A DNA stretch of 64,000 bases, taken from the NCBI GenBank assembly GCA_951406725.2, contig OX597819.1:73222001-73286000 (forward strand), given 5' to 3'. Below, piece after piece: positions 1-12,868 of this stretch. Source of the stretch: Octopus vulgaris (lineage: Eukaryota). The notes beneath the pieces were generated by a model. That model saw only the letters and a program-made list of their open reading frames with translations. It had not been told where the DNA came from and made no database searches. A program made the position numbers and the translations under genes. Positions within the stretch are counted from its first letter, which is position 1; the number at the start of each line of letters is the position of its first letter.

Positions 1-53
1 GTGTAATTACTAACTCACAAGGCAATCCGTTCCCACTCCCTAATTCAACTTAC

Positions 54-119
54 CGTTTTTCTTACTACGCCTCCGCCCCCAGTATTGTACATCTTCCTAT
101 CGAGCCTACTCCCCTTCAT
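54..119 (-). CDS. Candidate first coding exon of an unidentified divergent gene (MKGSRLDRKMYNTGGGGVVRKT, phase-0 donor)
   Basis: The minus strand has a consensus donor ACG|GTAAGT (intron starts at 53) and an in-frame ATG at 119-117. It lies beside the CG-rich promoter-like region. The product is not recognised. Confidence 0.35.
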
Positions 120-299
120 TCGTATCTTACCTCTTTCCTCCTCCTCCTTCAATACTATTAACCAACCGATGCCGTGTCTCTGTGGAACAAACATACACAA
201 CGAAGTCCCTTTTATTTTAATAGGCCGTTCAGATTGAAAACTATGTTTCATAGAAGACATAAATATATAGAGAGAGTGAGCGAGTAAAATAGAGACAAA

Positions 300-620
300 G
301 AGAGAGGGGTGAGCCAATCTCTCCGTTCTCCCTTGTGATATAGTGAGAGGAGAAAGAGGCAAAACCGAAAGGGTGCTACTGAGTGAGAGAGGGGGAGATG
401 AAAGTAGGACTGTTTCAAGTATGAAATAAAGGCAGCAGTGAAGGGGTAGCAGTGAGAGGTAGTATAGCAAGTACATCAGCCCAACCACCACCATCGCCTT
501 AGCTTATGTAGCAGCAACGATATAAACGATACGCGCGCGCACGCATCCATCCACCGCCACCACAACCTTCGTGCATGTAGTACAAGGCGTAGATACGCGC
601 GAGCGCGACATCGCCCATCA
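300..620. promoter_or_regulatory. Probable bidirectional promoter core
   Basis: CCAAT at 314, TATAAA at about 521, and CGCG runs at 531-543 and 596-608 in an otherwise AT-rich window. Outward-facing splice donors occur on both strands. Confidence 0.45.
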
Positions 621-1687
621 CCGCTGTCGTCGCCGCCACCATCTCCTCGCTAAGTGTAGCAGTGGGCAACAACAGCAGTAGTAGTAGTAGTGGTATTAAC
701 ATTAATATTACTACGCTACTGCCGCCGCCACCGCTGCTACTACCACCACTAGAAGAAGTAAGCAGGCATACAGCAGTACAATATCTAGAGCCGCCACTAT
801 AAGCAGCAATAGCAGAGAGCGCCGTGTACAGCAGCCGACCAGCTGCCACCACCACCACCACTAACTCCTACCTCCACCACAATTCGTCACCACCACCATC
901 ATTTTGGTACAGTCCATTACTACATCACCGCCGCCACTACCGTTTGCACACAACAGTATTGCTTGCTTACACCGCCACCATCACAAGAAAAACCCGCCAG
1001 CTCCTTCTTCATCAAGCGCCAATTTTCTCTTCATAACAGCCAGTGTATATCGACAGGATTTTTTTTAAAACAAACAGCGACACAGGAAGGAAAAAAAGAC
1101 GAAACCAAAACTAGGAGCAATTTACAAAGAAAAAGAGAAAAGAGAATTTGAATTACGGAAAAAAATATATAAAAAGGATTAAATATATCAAGTTCAAGCT
1201 TTAAAAAAAAGTTATCGAAAATCACTTCAATTTTATGAAAAATATGTAATAAATGTTTCACCATTCGAAATGCGCCATAGTTTTTTTGGTTGCTTGCCAG
1301 CTACAAGAAACATTGGAGGAATGAATGAATACTCAATCACTTTAAAAAAAAAATCAAGTGAGTAAAATTAATTCCATTAAGTTGTTTTAAAATAAAAAAA
1401 AAACTAATAATCTGCAGTGAAAAAACGCCACACAAGAGTTTTTCTCCGTCGGTCACATTATCTTGGTCGTTGGTTGGATATACTCACTCTTCTCCATCTC
1501 TCTCACTCACTCCCTCACTCAGGCATTAACCACCCTCACTCACTTAGGTAAGTGACTCTCTCTCTCTCTATATATATATATATATTATTACTTCAACCGG
1601 CCGTCCACCGCTCACTTGCTCTGTCGGCGGGACCGAAAAAGGTAAGGGAGAGCGCAGGCGCATAACTACCAGTAAGCATCTTCGTTA

Positions 1688-1790
1688 ACGTCCGGACATT
1701 AACGGAAGTTACCGAAAGTTAAAATAAGAGCATCCGGGTAGTTGCGGAAGTTCTCGAGTCTGGACGAATTATTCCGGAAGTTTCCGAAAT
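1688..1790 (+). promoter_or_regulatory. Cluster of ETS-type (CGGAAGT/CCGGATG) motifs upstream of the HMGB ATG
   Basis: CGGAAGT at 1703 and 1745, CCGGAAGT at 1774, CATCCGG at 1731, plus near matches, all within about 100 bp. Confidence 0.5.
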
Positions 1791-1870
1791 TTGACGGCAT
1801 CTATTTCCTTCTTGAGAAGGGAGATAAGTAATATTGTGAGGAAGTTAAACCGCCACCAAAGCAAGGAACA

Positions 1871-2545
1871 ATGAACACTTACAGTTACACGGAAATGGCG
1901 CGGATGAATGTTGTGGAACCTCCGCGGCGGAAAAAGCGCTTGCAAGACGCTAATAAGCCAAAGAGGTCCACATCGGCGTATTTCTATTTCATGGCCAGTT
2001 GCAGGGAACAGGCGGCAAGAGCTGGGACCCAAATTACCAAAGTTACGGAGTTTACCAAAGAATGCTCTGCAAGATGGAGGAATTTTACAGCTATGGAAAA
2101 AAAACCGTTCGAAGAAAAAGCCGCTCTGGACAAGGCACGATATGACCGCGAAATGGCTCAGTACAAAGGCAAAGATATGGTCGATCCTAACAAGCCAAAA
2201 CGGCCGCAGACTTCGTATTTTCTATTCTTGGCCGAGTTCCGGAAAATGATGCAGGGTAAACTTGACCACAAAGACATTCTGCGGAAGGCGGGGGAGCAGT
2301 GGCGAAACATGACGGACGAACAAAAGAAACCCTTTGAGATAAAAAGTCAGGAAGAAGCCAAGAAATATGAAATCGCTATGGCTGAGTACCGAAAGCGACA
2401 AGGGGGTGTTGTGATGCTTGACGGCGGTCCCGAGGAAAAAAGAACAAAGATAGAAGCTGGCGTGGTTGGGTATGGGGAAGATGTCGAGGAGGAAGAGATG
2501 GACGACGAAGATGATGATGAGGGAGATGAAGAAGATGACGAATGA
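1871..2545 (+). CDS. HMGB: High mobility group B (HMGB1/2/3-like) protein with an intronless CDS
   Basis: The 224-aa ORF has HMG box A (KPKRSTSAYFYF...CSARW...KARYDREM), box B (DPNKPKRPQTSYFLF...GEQW...KYEIAMAEY) and a D/E-rich tail. The start could be the first, second or third Met. Confidence 0.95.
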   Translation: MNTYSYTEMARMNVVEPPRRKKRLQDANKPKRSTSAYFYFMASCREQAARAGTQITKVTEFTKECSARWRNFTAMEKKPFEEKAALDKARYDREMAQYKGKDMVDPNKPKRPQTSYFLFLAEFRKMMQGKLDHKDILRKAGEQWRNMTDEQKKPFEIKSQEEAKKYEIAMAEYRKRQGGVVMLDGGPEEKRTKIEAGVVGYGEDVEEEEMDDEDDDEGDEEDDE

Positions 2546-5488
2546 AGGATGAAGAGAGAGACTTGAGAGATATTAACACTCACAAAAAAAGGCGGGGGGT
2601 ATAAAAAAAATAATTCCTTTTTCTTTCTCGAATTCATTTGGTAAAAAAAAAAAACTTTTTTTTTCCCTCTAATTCTTAACTGAATAATTAAAAAAAAAAA
2701 TAATATAAACAAACATCTTGGCAAAACAACACTTGAGGTAAATCATCTTTTTAAGATTTAAGAAACAAAAAAAAAGTTGTAAAACAAACTTTAAAGATGT
2801 CTTTGGCGGGGTGGTGGTCAGAAAAATAAGATCTTTCATTCTCTCTCTCTCCTTCTTCAGAAGAAAACCTAATTTATTTTTTGACAAAAAAAGAACCCCA
2901 AAACTATAGAACTCTGTCGTCGTCTTCATCTTAACCTCTTCGTTCATTTTTTAAAGTGTGAAGGGGAAATGAAAACATTGTGTATTTCAATGTTTTTTCG
3001 TTTGTTCTTCACCAATTTTTCCATCCTTGAAGTCTACCTTTTCTTTCTATCCTCTCCCTTTGCTAACAACCAAGTCACCATTATTTTTGTTTCTTACTTT
3101 CCTCTTAGTTTTACTTTAAACTGGCTGAAATGCTTTGAGTCAACAGTCCGTTTTTTTATGGGCATTACTTTTCACCTTGGCTCAAATTATTTCTAGTCTT
3201 TTTTTTTTTTTTAATTTTTTTTTTTTTTATTATTAATCTGTATCTAGTTAGTAAGCTTTTGATCATCACTATTACCCCCTTGTTCAGCCAAAAAATGAAA
3301 CAAACAGCCAAAGGGTCAAGACTGGATTTAATGAAAAATAACAACTCACAGCAAAACAGGAAGGAAGAAAAAACCCCAAAGATATACCAAATTGTTGACG
3401 AAAGTCAATTGGAATGAGCTTAAGCGTAAGACTTCTGCAGTAATCAAAATTGTTTGTTTTTTTCTGTGAACATTGAATCCAGTGACTTGAAAATAATAAC
3501 AATAATTGCAAATATAGACTACATTTTTTTTTTTTTTTTTTTTTTTTTTCCCCCCGACAAGAGAAAGTGTATTGTCCGGTCGATCATTGTTGGCCATCAT
3601 ATTATTTCTGATTACTTTTATTATTATTATCATCTCTGTCTCTCTTTCTCTCAAGTGCAGCATCTGCATCCGACCTGCCTTTGTCTACAGACTCGTGTTG
3701 TTTCTTACCAAATGGACTCCAACCTCATCCACCACCACCACCAAATATAGGAAATATTCATTTAGATGTCTTCTTAGGATTTACTCTCTTTTTTTGTGTT
3801 ACTGCTCTCATTTCTTTCTAAAAGTTTTATCTATCTCTGCATTATTATTATCATGTTTAAGGGACGATGTTAACACATCTTCACTAACCACATTCCTTAA
3901 AAACAAATTAAACAGGAAAAAGTTAAAATACAGGGAAGGGAAAATTGGGTTTTTAGTGAGAATATTCTAAGGTAATTTTGAATACTGAGAAAGAAAGAAA
4001 GAATTTAAGATTTTAAAAAAAATTATTAAAGAAAAAATTCCCCCCTCCAACTTCAAGAAAAAAAAAAGCGGGAGTTTATGATCTTCCGTGAATTTTTTTT
4101 TTTTTTTTTTTTGCTGATGTAAATAGATTTTTTTAGAAAGAGTAAATATTTAAAAAATCCAAAAGCACAACAAAAAAATGATAAAATACCCCCTCCAAAA
4201 ATCTTTAAAAAAAATTATGCAATACAAACTAAATATCAACTCATTCATTTCAAGCTAATCTGGACACTATGTGTGGACATTAATTTTTTTTTCCTCTGCA
4301 TTTTTACAAATAAAAAAAAACAGGAAGGGATGATGTATTACTTTTTTTATTTCGTTAAAAATGCTGTCTGCTAGGCTCTGTCTTGGTTATTTAATGACCA
4401 CATGCAGTGAGTAATGTGCTCTGTGGTAGCTGTGTATATATATATTTACTTTGTCATGTACCATTATAGGTTCTGTTTTTGTTTTTTTTTTATTAATTAC
4501 AATTAGTCCAATTATACTCCAATTCTGTAATTTCCACTTCTTCTGAGTTATTGTTTTTTATGGCGAGCGCTGTAGAGTATTGGGTGAGCTTCAGGCCGTG
4601 TCCCAGTTTGCGATCCTCAATTTCTTGGTTCAGGGTTTGAAGCAATTAATTTCACTCTCGTCGCTAATGTCTTTATCAAAGGTAACGGCATGAACGTCAT
4701 AAATTCCTCTACTCACCCTCTTGTAGAATCTTAAATCTTTAATTTTTATCTCCCCGCCCACCCCTTTTATTATTTTCTCGTCATTTATCCATCACTTTCA
4801 TCCATCATGTGTCTATATGAAGAAAACAAGCAAATATAAAACATCTCTTTATCAACTAACTTGTACTGTTATATTATTAACTGCCATTGAAGAAGAAAAA
4901 ATAACAAGCTTAATTAAAACATAGACTACTTAATTACTGACTGAAGATCTTCAGGTGTCGAATGTTAAGGACTTTGTTTACAAAGGGAAAGATCAACCCT
5001 TGATTCCGTCAACACACAACACTCGGGTCCATGTGTGTGTCTCCATTTCTATGTGTATATATATATATATGTGTGTGTGTGTATGCATATATAGATATAT
5101 ATGTGCATTTTATATGTGTCGTGGCGAGGGGAGGAGAAATACTTCTTCCAGATTAAACTTCAATTCCCCCCTCTTTTTTTAACCCCTGTATATGTATGTA
5201 TATACAATGTATATTGTATATGTATATATAATGAGTCTATTCTTTCTCACCCTGTTGCAATGACGATAGTATTGATATTTGTTTTTAAGTTTATTAGATA
5301 ATTGTAACATTGCATTGTGTTTCAGGTATATTAACTTTGTTAGTTTAAATTAGTTAATCAGCTCTCCTTTTAGGTAGAACAACGAATTAATAACAAAGAA
5401 CAAACCAAAAATGTTTAGATGCTTCTAGGTGTTATTTTTTCCCTTTCTCCTAAATTGGTCCACTTTTTTTTAAACTTTATTATTCATG

Positions 5489-5494
5489 AATAAA
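5489..5494 (+). terminator. Candidate distal polyadenylation signal of HMGB (3' UTR about 2.9 kb)
   Basis: AATAAA followed by GT/T-rich sequence, at the end of a transposon-free stretch rich in T-tracts and TGTATA motifs. Other AATAAA hexamers occur upstream. Confidence 0.35.
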
Positions 5495-8400
5495 ACTTTT
5501 GATATTACTTAAGTTGTTTCTCATTATATATATATATATAACAATACAATTGTAAAAGTACCATCGTATAAACAAACCTACATATTTATTTCTTTTTGTT
5601 TCGGTATTTTATCCATTAACTTGGTTGTATGTCTTTGTATAATTGCAGGAAACTTAGCTCTATTGTTGGGTTTGACTGTTAAGTAACAAAAACTTAACGA
5701 GGATATCCCTTTCATTCTGGTTAAGTCATCAAAAGATGTATGTTTAGATTATCCACGCACTTTGTATATGTCAATAGGGCTTTCAACTTATTTACTAAAC
5801 TTCCTTTCCAAGGAGAGGAACTAACTGTAGAATCGGTAAGCAGTTAGGCTTTCTGTTGCCTCTTCCTCATGTTTTCAAAATCTTTATCCGAACAACATAC
5901 TTTTTCTTTCGTAATCCTCTTCCGACTAGTGTCTCGTATATTATATTTTACCTATTAATCCTGCTTTCATTTCTATATAGAATTCCCTAAGGTGAACCAG
6001 TTAATTAAATAATCTTCCCTTCCTGCGTAAACTGCTGATTTTTTAAACATCGTATGGTTGATGTTTTTTTTTTTCCCCCGGAAGGCTGGATTGGGGGGGG
6101 GGTGTACATAAGCTTTATTTTTTTAGTTAGTAAATAAACGAGTTGTTGACTCCAGTTTTTAAAAAGGTATTATGAAAGAGAAAGTATGTTATTGTAACGC
6201 CTGATTCAATTGCGACTGAGAAATTAAGCCTGTTTTGATTTCAGGAATTTTAAGTTACAACACTAGAATTTCATTTGACTTTTTTTTTTTAAATATCTTT
6301 ATTATTCCAAATCCCTCCGATTATATTTTCCAATTTGTTCAGTTAATATCATAAATAAAAATAGATATCACAAAAACCAATTAGGTTGTAAATCTTATAC
6401 ACAATACTGTCACCGCGTTTATCTTTTGAGCTCAAATGTACTGTTGAATCTAGGCTGCATTCGTATGTAGAATGTGTGTGTGTGTGCACCCAAAATAGAT
6501 ACATAACTCAAAAATGCTATTTCTCTCTCTTATTTGGTCAGATTAAGACGAAACTCGAAGGTAGCTCAAGAATAAATGCCCTTTTTAGCAGGAAAGGTTA
6601 GTTGCTGCAGTATTAAGCCATGTTTTCACTCACTGCACAGTTCTAGATTAGCTGCTTCGTCTTTGGGTCGTGTATTTTGGGCTTAAGACTACTCTCCTTT
6701 CATATGTGGGGGGACCCAGTTTACTACCTGCATGAGAATGTACTAAATGGATAGAATGACTGGTTTGATATGTAGGAATCTCACTGGTGTAGGGATGATA
6801 GCTTTTACTGATGGTGATGGGAGATATAGTGTGGTCAACAAAGTTTTGTATCTTGTCGGGTCTGGAAGCCCCACGACCAACCAGTTCAGTAGTTAATTAT
6901 GTAGAGAATATAGAAGTAGTACGTTTGTGGAGGGCTCTTGGTTATTTGGTAAGAGTTTTCGGGGAAGAATGAGGACAGGGGACTGGTCACAACCCAACAA
7001 ACAGCAAAGGAAATGTTACACTTAATTGATCTTGTTTTTCTGAAAAGGTCCAGCAAAGCAAAATTTCAGTGTTTAACCTTTCCTTTCTAAGCCATCTCTA
7101 AACTCTGCAGTGTTAACACATCTGAAGTTACAGTCATAATGATAATGATTTCTGTTCTTCCCAATAGTAACAGTGGTATGGTTCAGTTGTCTTCTCTTTG
7201 TTCTTTCAATTCCATTAGTTATTTGTTTCTGTTATCTGAGCTTTTTGCAGGGACAATATCTCTCTCTCTTGCTCTGTTAAGTGGAGGCAGACAGGAAATA
7301 ATGTTTTTATTGTATACAATAAATTGGACATTAGAGAGAGTTATTACTATTTAGCAACTTTAATCATTTGTTGACCAGGTGTAGGGAGGTGGGGCTTTCT
7401 AGGTAACATCAAAGATTTGACTTGCAGTTCAGTTTTAGTTTCAAGTACAACCTTAGTTTTTAGAGGCATTTGTGAACATCTAAGTCCTTCATTTCAAACA
7501 TTTTAATGTCCTGTCAATTACATGAAATCTTAAAGTTTATTGGATGGTAATTCAATGTTTCTGGCAATTATGTCTTCCATACTATTTTTAATTATTTAAA
7601 TTTTTCTATTTCCTTCAGCGTAAATATACATTTAATTTTTTTTCCCCTTAAGTTTCAGTTAAATGAAACATTGAGAAAATAGGTGGGAGAGTTGGTGAAA
7701 AATAAAATTACAGAAAAGGTTTTTTTTTTTTTCTCTCTCTCTCTATCTCTTTGTAAGATTTCTAAAGCAATAAGTACTATTTGCTAGCTATCTTTCTCTT
7801 TGGGAATGCCTGTGATCTGTCTAAACATTGTTTATTTGAGTTGTATATGCTTTCCTTGTGCACCTCATGATGATGATGATGATAACTTCTGTTCAGTCAG
7901 GAATCACAGGAATGATGATTGCTAGTTCTGATCACTGGACTTGAGTTTATCATAGTTAAGTCCACTTAAATATTTCATGTTTTTATTCTTTAGGGAGGGC
8001 TTATAGAGTAGGTGGGTTACCAAAAAGGTTCTAATGCAGACACATTCTGTGGAACTGTTTGTTGTATCAAAGAATTAATACAACCTTTTTCATTTATTTG
8101 AATGGCCACCTGCTTGTTTTGTTGGCCAAGGGTTTACTTTAAATGTTCAAGTAGTTTTTATTTCAGAAAACAAGTTTTCAGGTGATGGGCTTTTCGTTGG
8201 AAACCCCATCCCCTTCACTGGATGGAATCTAGTTCATTAGTTGCATTGCTTAATTTAGACTAATAGGAATTTAATTAACGTGTTAGTTTTATTTCATTCA
8301 ATTATGCATTATTCAAATCCATTTAGTCCGTTAACGACTATTTTGTGTTGAATTAAGTATCAAGATATTTTTGTATTGTATGTTGTTTCTCATAATCAGC

Positions 8401-8805
8401 TCCATGTATTTATTTTCCCCATACAGTTTCTTTTAAGATTTCAATGAGAACATGGTCAAATTCATTAAATTTACCCTAATGTTTTGATTTTTATTTAGGC
8501 ACCAAAAAAAAAAATGCAACTGTCATTTCCACTTCATCATACAATAATAAAATTACAGTTTAGTTTCATAATCTGTTCAGATTTTTTTTTTTCTTTATGC
8601 TTTGTTGAATGTGTTTTTGATGAAAAAACAATATATTCTGAATTTTGTTTTGACACCCCCCCATCCCACCCACTCCCCATCACAGAGAAATCATCTGGCT
8701 TCTCTCTAAAGTTCCACTTTCTTGCATTGTCATGTTTTAGAAGGCAGGTTTCTTGCATGTACCAGAACACTTAACTTATATAAATAATCTAGCTCATTTA
8801 AATAC

Positions 8806-8851
<46 letters not shown>

Positions 8852-10799
8852 TTACCACATGACAAGACTGCCTGTGAGACAATATTACCTCTCAAGACAC
8901 GTGAGTTTACTTCCTGTCTTTTGAATGATGACATTTCGTTTAAAACAAACACATTACTATAGACTGATGACATTCAAATGTCTTGATTGGTTTATATTTT
9001 TGCAGTTTCTGAGCAAAATGAATCGTGAGGTGTGTTCTTTTAAACACTTTGACTAGAAAAAAAAAAAAGGATGGTTAAGCCAGCTAGGATATGTATATTA
9101 TTATCAATTACGACAAGTGAAAGTCTTCATTACATTTTGTAATTCATTCTACACTTACATGATAAACATTTCATCAATAAAATGGTAATTGTCAAAACTT
9201 GAATGATTTTTTTTCTTTTTGATTGATTTTCATTTGTGTTAAATGTCACTCAACTTGAACGAATATAAATAACAAACTGCAGGTGAGGGTGACATGAAAC
9301 TTTGGTTCCAGGTATTTAAATTTCTTGAGCGTTTTTTTTTTTTTTCTTTCTTGACATAACTTTTCTTCAAATCCCTTATAGTTTTTGTTCATTTTCAGTC
9401 CTTTTGACCAAAGATTTCTAGCAGCCTTTCTTCCTAAACATAATGGATTTGATGTGTTGCATTCTATATTAGTAAAACATGTCAAGTTCTCAGATATATT
9501 CCTTTGGAATTTTTTGCTTTTATCACCCCATTGCAAAAAAATTAAAATGGTTGTTGTGAAGACTATTGTGCTTATGTACATATAATCTCACTAAAAGATA
9601 TTGGAAAGCTATTCTTTAAACTCACCATTTGTCTTTTTTTTTTTCTTTCACTTGGAATGTTATTTTGTGGCTAAAGAACTTCATTAGTCCAGTTGTTGAA
9701 ATTTATGAAGTGTAACAAGTTTTGGTCATTAGATTGCGGACATGCTGTAGCACCACCTAGAATTTTAGCTGAATAAATCAACCCCATTACTCTTTTTTAT
9801 TATTTGTATGGTACTGGTTCGACTGGCCTCTTTTGCCAAACTTTCGGGCTAGTATCTTCTTAAGCCAGTGGATTTGGTAGATGGAAACTGAAAGATCATT
9901 GTATATGTTTGTCTCTATAACTTAGCAGTTTGGCAAAAGAGATTAATAGAATAAATACCAGGCTTTAAAATAAATAAAATTTGTACTGAGGTTGATTCAT
10001 GTGGCTAAAAGTTCTTCAGAATGGTGCCCCAGCAAGGACACAATCTAACTGAAATAAGTCTGACTGACTGCTGTCGGGGTGATGCTTGTTTCCCTCCAGG
10101 ATATGTTTTTATACCTCAGGCTACCATAAGATTTTTTCTCCACAAGTAACAATAACTTATTAATGTGTATACATTGAGTATGATACGTAAATGGATATTG
10201 AAATTTTAAACCATATGATTGGAAAATGTCTTAACAGGTAGTGGGGTTACAATAATTAAGTTATCACTTTAGCATTTAATCTAGCCCAAATTATTCTATC
10301 CAATTTGTATTCAAACTGACCTCATCTGGCTTCTCACACCTACCGTACAATGTCATTCTAAAAATAGACAATCAATCATCAAAGTCTTGAAAATATACAA
10401 GATAATATATGATTAATTCAAAACAATGTGAATAGGTGACATTTAACTGAATATTCTGAATGCGATAGGGTAGAGCAAATTTGTAAATAAGTCTTTTCAG
10501 AATATCTTATACCAGACGAATTTGGGGGTTTTAATCTTGCATGGCTCAGATATGTCAGTGTATTAGAATTGCGCATTTATTTCAAGAAAGAGTAATTAAT
10601 CCTTTGGCTGGTTAATCTTGTATGTAGTTGATTGGGCTTAAAGTGACTTATTATTAACTGAGATAATACTTGTCATATTTACTATACATGACTAAATGCT
10701 TTGAGAATTTTATAACATTGATGTGATTTCTTCAACAAAGATTTGCTGCCATCAACGGTATTGATTGGCATCCTACCCTTCCTCATTGACATCTTTTCT

Positions 10800-11112
10800 T
10801 CCAACCACATACTTCCAGGTTCTGTCCTGCTGCATAACACCTTCGGCAAGTGACTTTACTATAGCATCAGGCCTACCAAAACCTTGTGAGTGGATTTGTT
10901 AGATGAAAATTGAAAGAAGACTATTACGTGTATGTGTGTGTATATGTTTCTCTCTCTGTTTACATCCCCATAACTTAGTGGTTTAGCAAAAGGGACTGAT
11001 AGAATAACCAAGCTTCAAAAAAAAAAAAAAAAACAGGTATTCATTCCACTATATGTTCTTCAAGGTGGTGTCCCAGCATGGCCACAGTCTAATGGCTAAA
11101 ACAAGTGAAAGG
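10800..11112 (+). mobile_element. SINE family 1 (tRNA-like head, central TA/CA microsatellite)
   Basis: Matches the complete copies at 25199 and 46283 (ccaaccacat...ccttgtgagtggattt...cagcatggccacagtc). Confidence 0.75.
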
Positions 11113-12664
11113 TAGAAGTCAAATGTGCTTCGTTATCTTAAGTAGGTTCCATACAAGTTATATCCTTGTTCAATTCCCAATATCGTGGTTTTGGGTCCAG
11201 CACCTTAGGAGGTCCTTTCTACTTTGACCCTGAGCCAACCAAGACCTTATAAGCACATTTGGTAGACAGAAACTGAAAGAACTCCATCGGGAAGCAAGCT
11301 TCCTGGCATATAGCTGTGCCTTCCCAGCCCATTACTAACCTAATTCTTAGATATGGGATGGACATCTGGCTGTAGAACAAACTCCCCAGTGATATATTGC
11401 TTGAATGATGCTGTGATGAAACAGCTAACAAACAAATGTAGAAATTGAGTTATACTTGAATCAAGTCTTTCTTAAATATAACTTGCTCATTTAACACAAT
11501 TTTTGGTCAATTGGTGTCTTATTTTATGACAGATTTTATGAATGCTTTTGGTGGGGGTTGCTTTTCTGATCTTGTTGGACCAAATGTCGAGGGATTTCCC
11601 ATTTGAAAGTACCATTTGTTTTGAAGTTTACATTTTTCATGAAGGATTTTACATATATGTAAAAAGCACCCACTCTCGGAGTGGTTGGCATTAGGAAGGG
11701 TATCCAGATATAAAAACATTGCCAGATCAGATTGGAGCCTGGTGCAGCCTTCTGGCTTGCCAACCCTCAGTTAAACCGTCCAACCCCTGCCAGCATGGAA
11801 AACGGATATTAAACAATGATGATGCTGCAACAAGTTTCCACCAAATTCCGATCAGAAAATTGGCCAAAGCTATGATAAAAGACACATGCTTAAGATACCA
11901 TAACCTGAAGTTGAACTTTGAACCATGTCATTGCAAAGCACATTGTGAGACAAACTTCTTAACTGCACAACCAAGTCAATTATGACCATCTCATTTTAGG
12001 AATACACGAGTTAATATTCTTTTTTAAAATGGTAGTGTAATTTGATTTGACTGCTACTCCTAGCAGGTCAAGCAACAATTGGTATCATCATTTAAGATAA
12101 TGAGCTGACAGAACCATCTACATGCAAGGCAAAATACTTAGTGGCATTTGGTCCTTTACGTTCTGAGTTCAAATTCTGCCGGGGTCAACTTTATTTTTCA
12201 TCCTTTTAGGGATCTATAAAAATAAACATTGGGATTGATATAATTTATTACAAGTTTGTCTAAACATTTTATTTTCATAATTTAGTTATTTGTTCCTTTT
12301 TTTTTAACTTTTTGTCTCAATCATTGGATTGTGGCCATACTGGGGCACCGGCTTGACTAGATTAGTCAAATGGACCCCAGTACGTTTTTGGTTTTTACAG
12401 GTCTTATATTTATTCTATTGATATCTTTGCCAAACCATTAAGTTATAGGGAAGTGAACAAACCAACACCAGCTATCAAGTGGTGAAAGATAAATATATAC
12501 ACCCACACAAATACCATGGGTTTCTATCCAGTTTCCACCTACATAATTCACTCTCAAAACCATAGTAGAAGACACTTTCCAAAGGTGTGCAGTGGGATTG
12601 AATCCAAAACCATGCTGTTACCCAGCAAGCTTCTTAACCACAGCCTGCACTAATTTAAAACTTC

Positions 12665-12868
12665 TATTTTACTTGTTTCAGTCATTTGACTGTGGCCATG
12701 CAGGAGTACTTATTCTGTAGAGGCCTAGTACTTATTCTATCAGTCACTTTTGCTGAACTGGTAAGTTATGCGGATGTAAATGCACCAGCATCAGTTCTCA
12801 AGCAATGTTGTGAGGGACACACAGACAGAAACACATACACACACACACACAAATACATATATATATAT
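12665..12868 (-). mobile_element. SINE family 1, 3' half (split by the RTE insertion)
   Basis: ttgtttcagtcatttgactgtggccatg...acacacac...atatat. The SINE resumes at 17304 on the other side of the LINE. Confidence 0.85.

Noticed and set aside
499-1264. ORFs 499-861, 824-1036, 963-1151 and 1031-1264
   Set aside because: They are translations of CCA/CTA/CAG trinucleotide runs and A-tracts typical of 5' UTR sequence, with no domain signal.
7868-7935. Possible C/D-box snoRNA (ATGATGA...CTGA)
   Set aside because: The C box is part of an (ATG)n microsatellite, the span is short and I see no recognisable guide.
8920-9015. Possible C/D-box snoRNA (ATGATGA at 8925, CTGA at 8964 or 9009)
   Set aside because: The spacing is too short for the first D box and the terminal stem is poor for the second; no target is evident.
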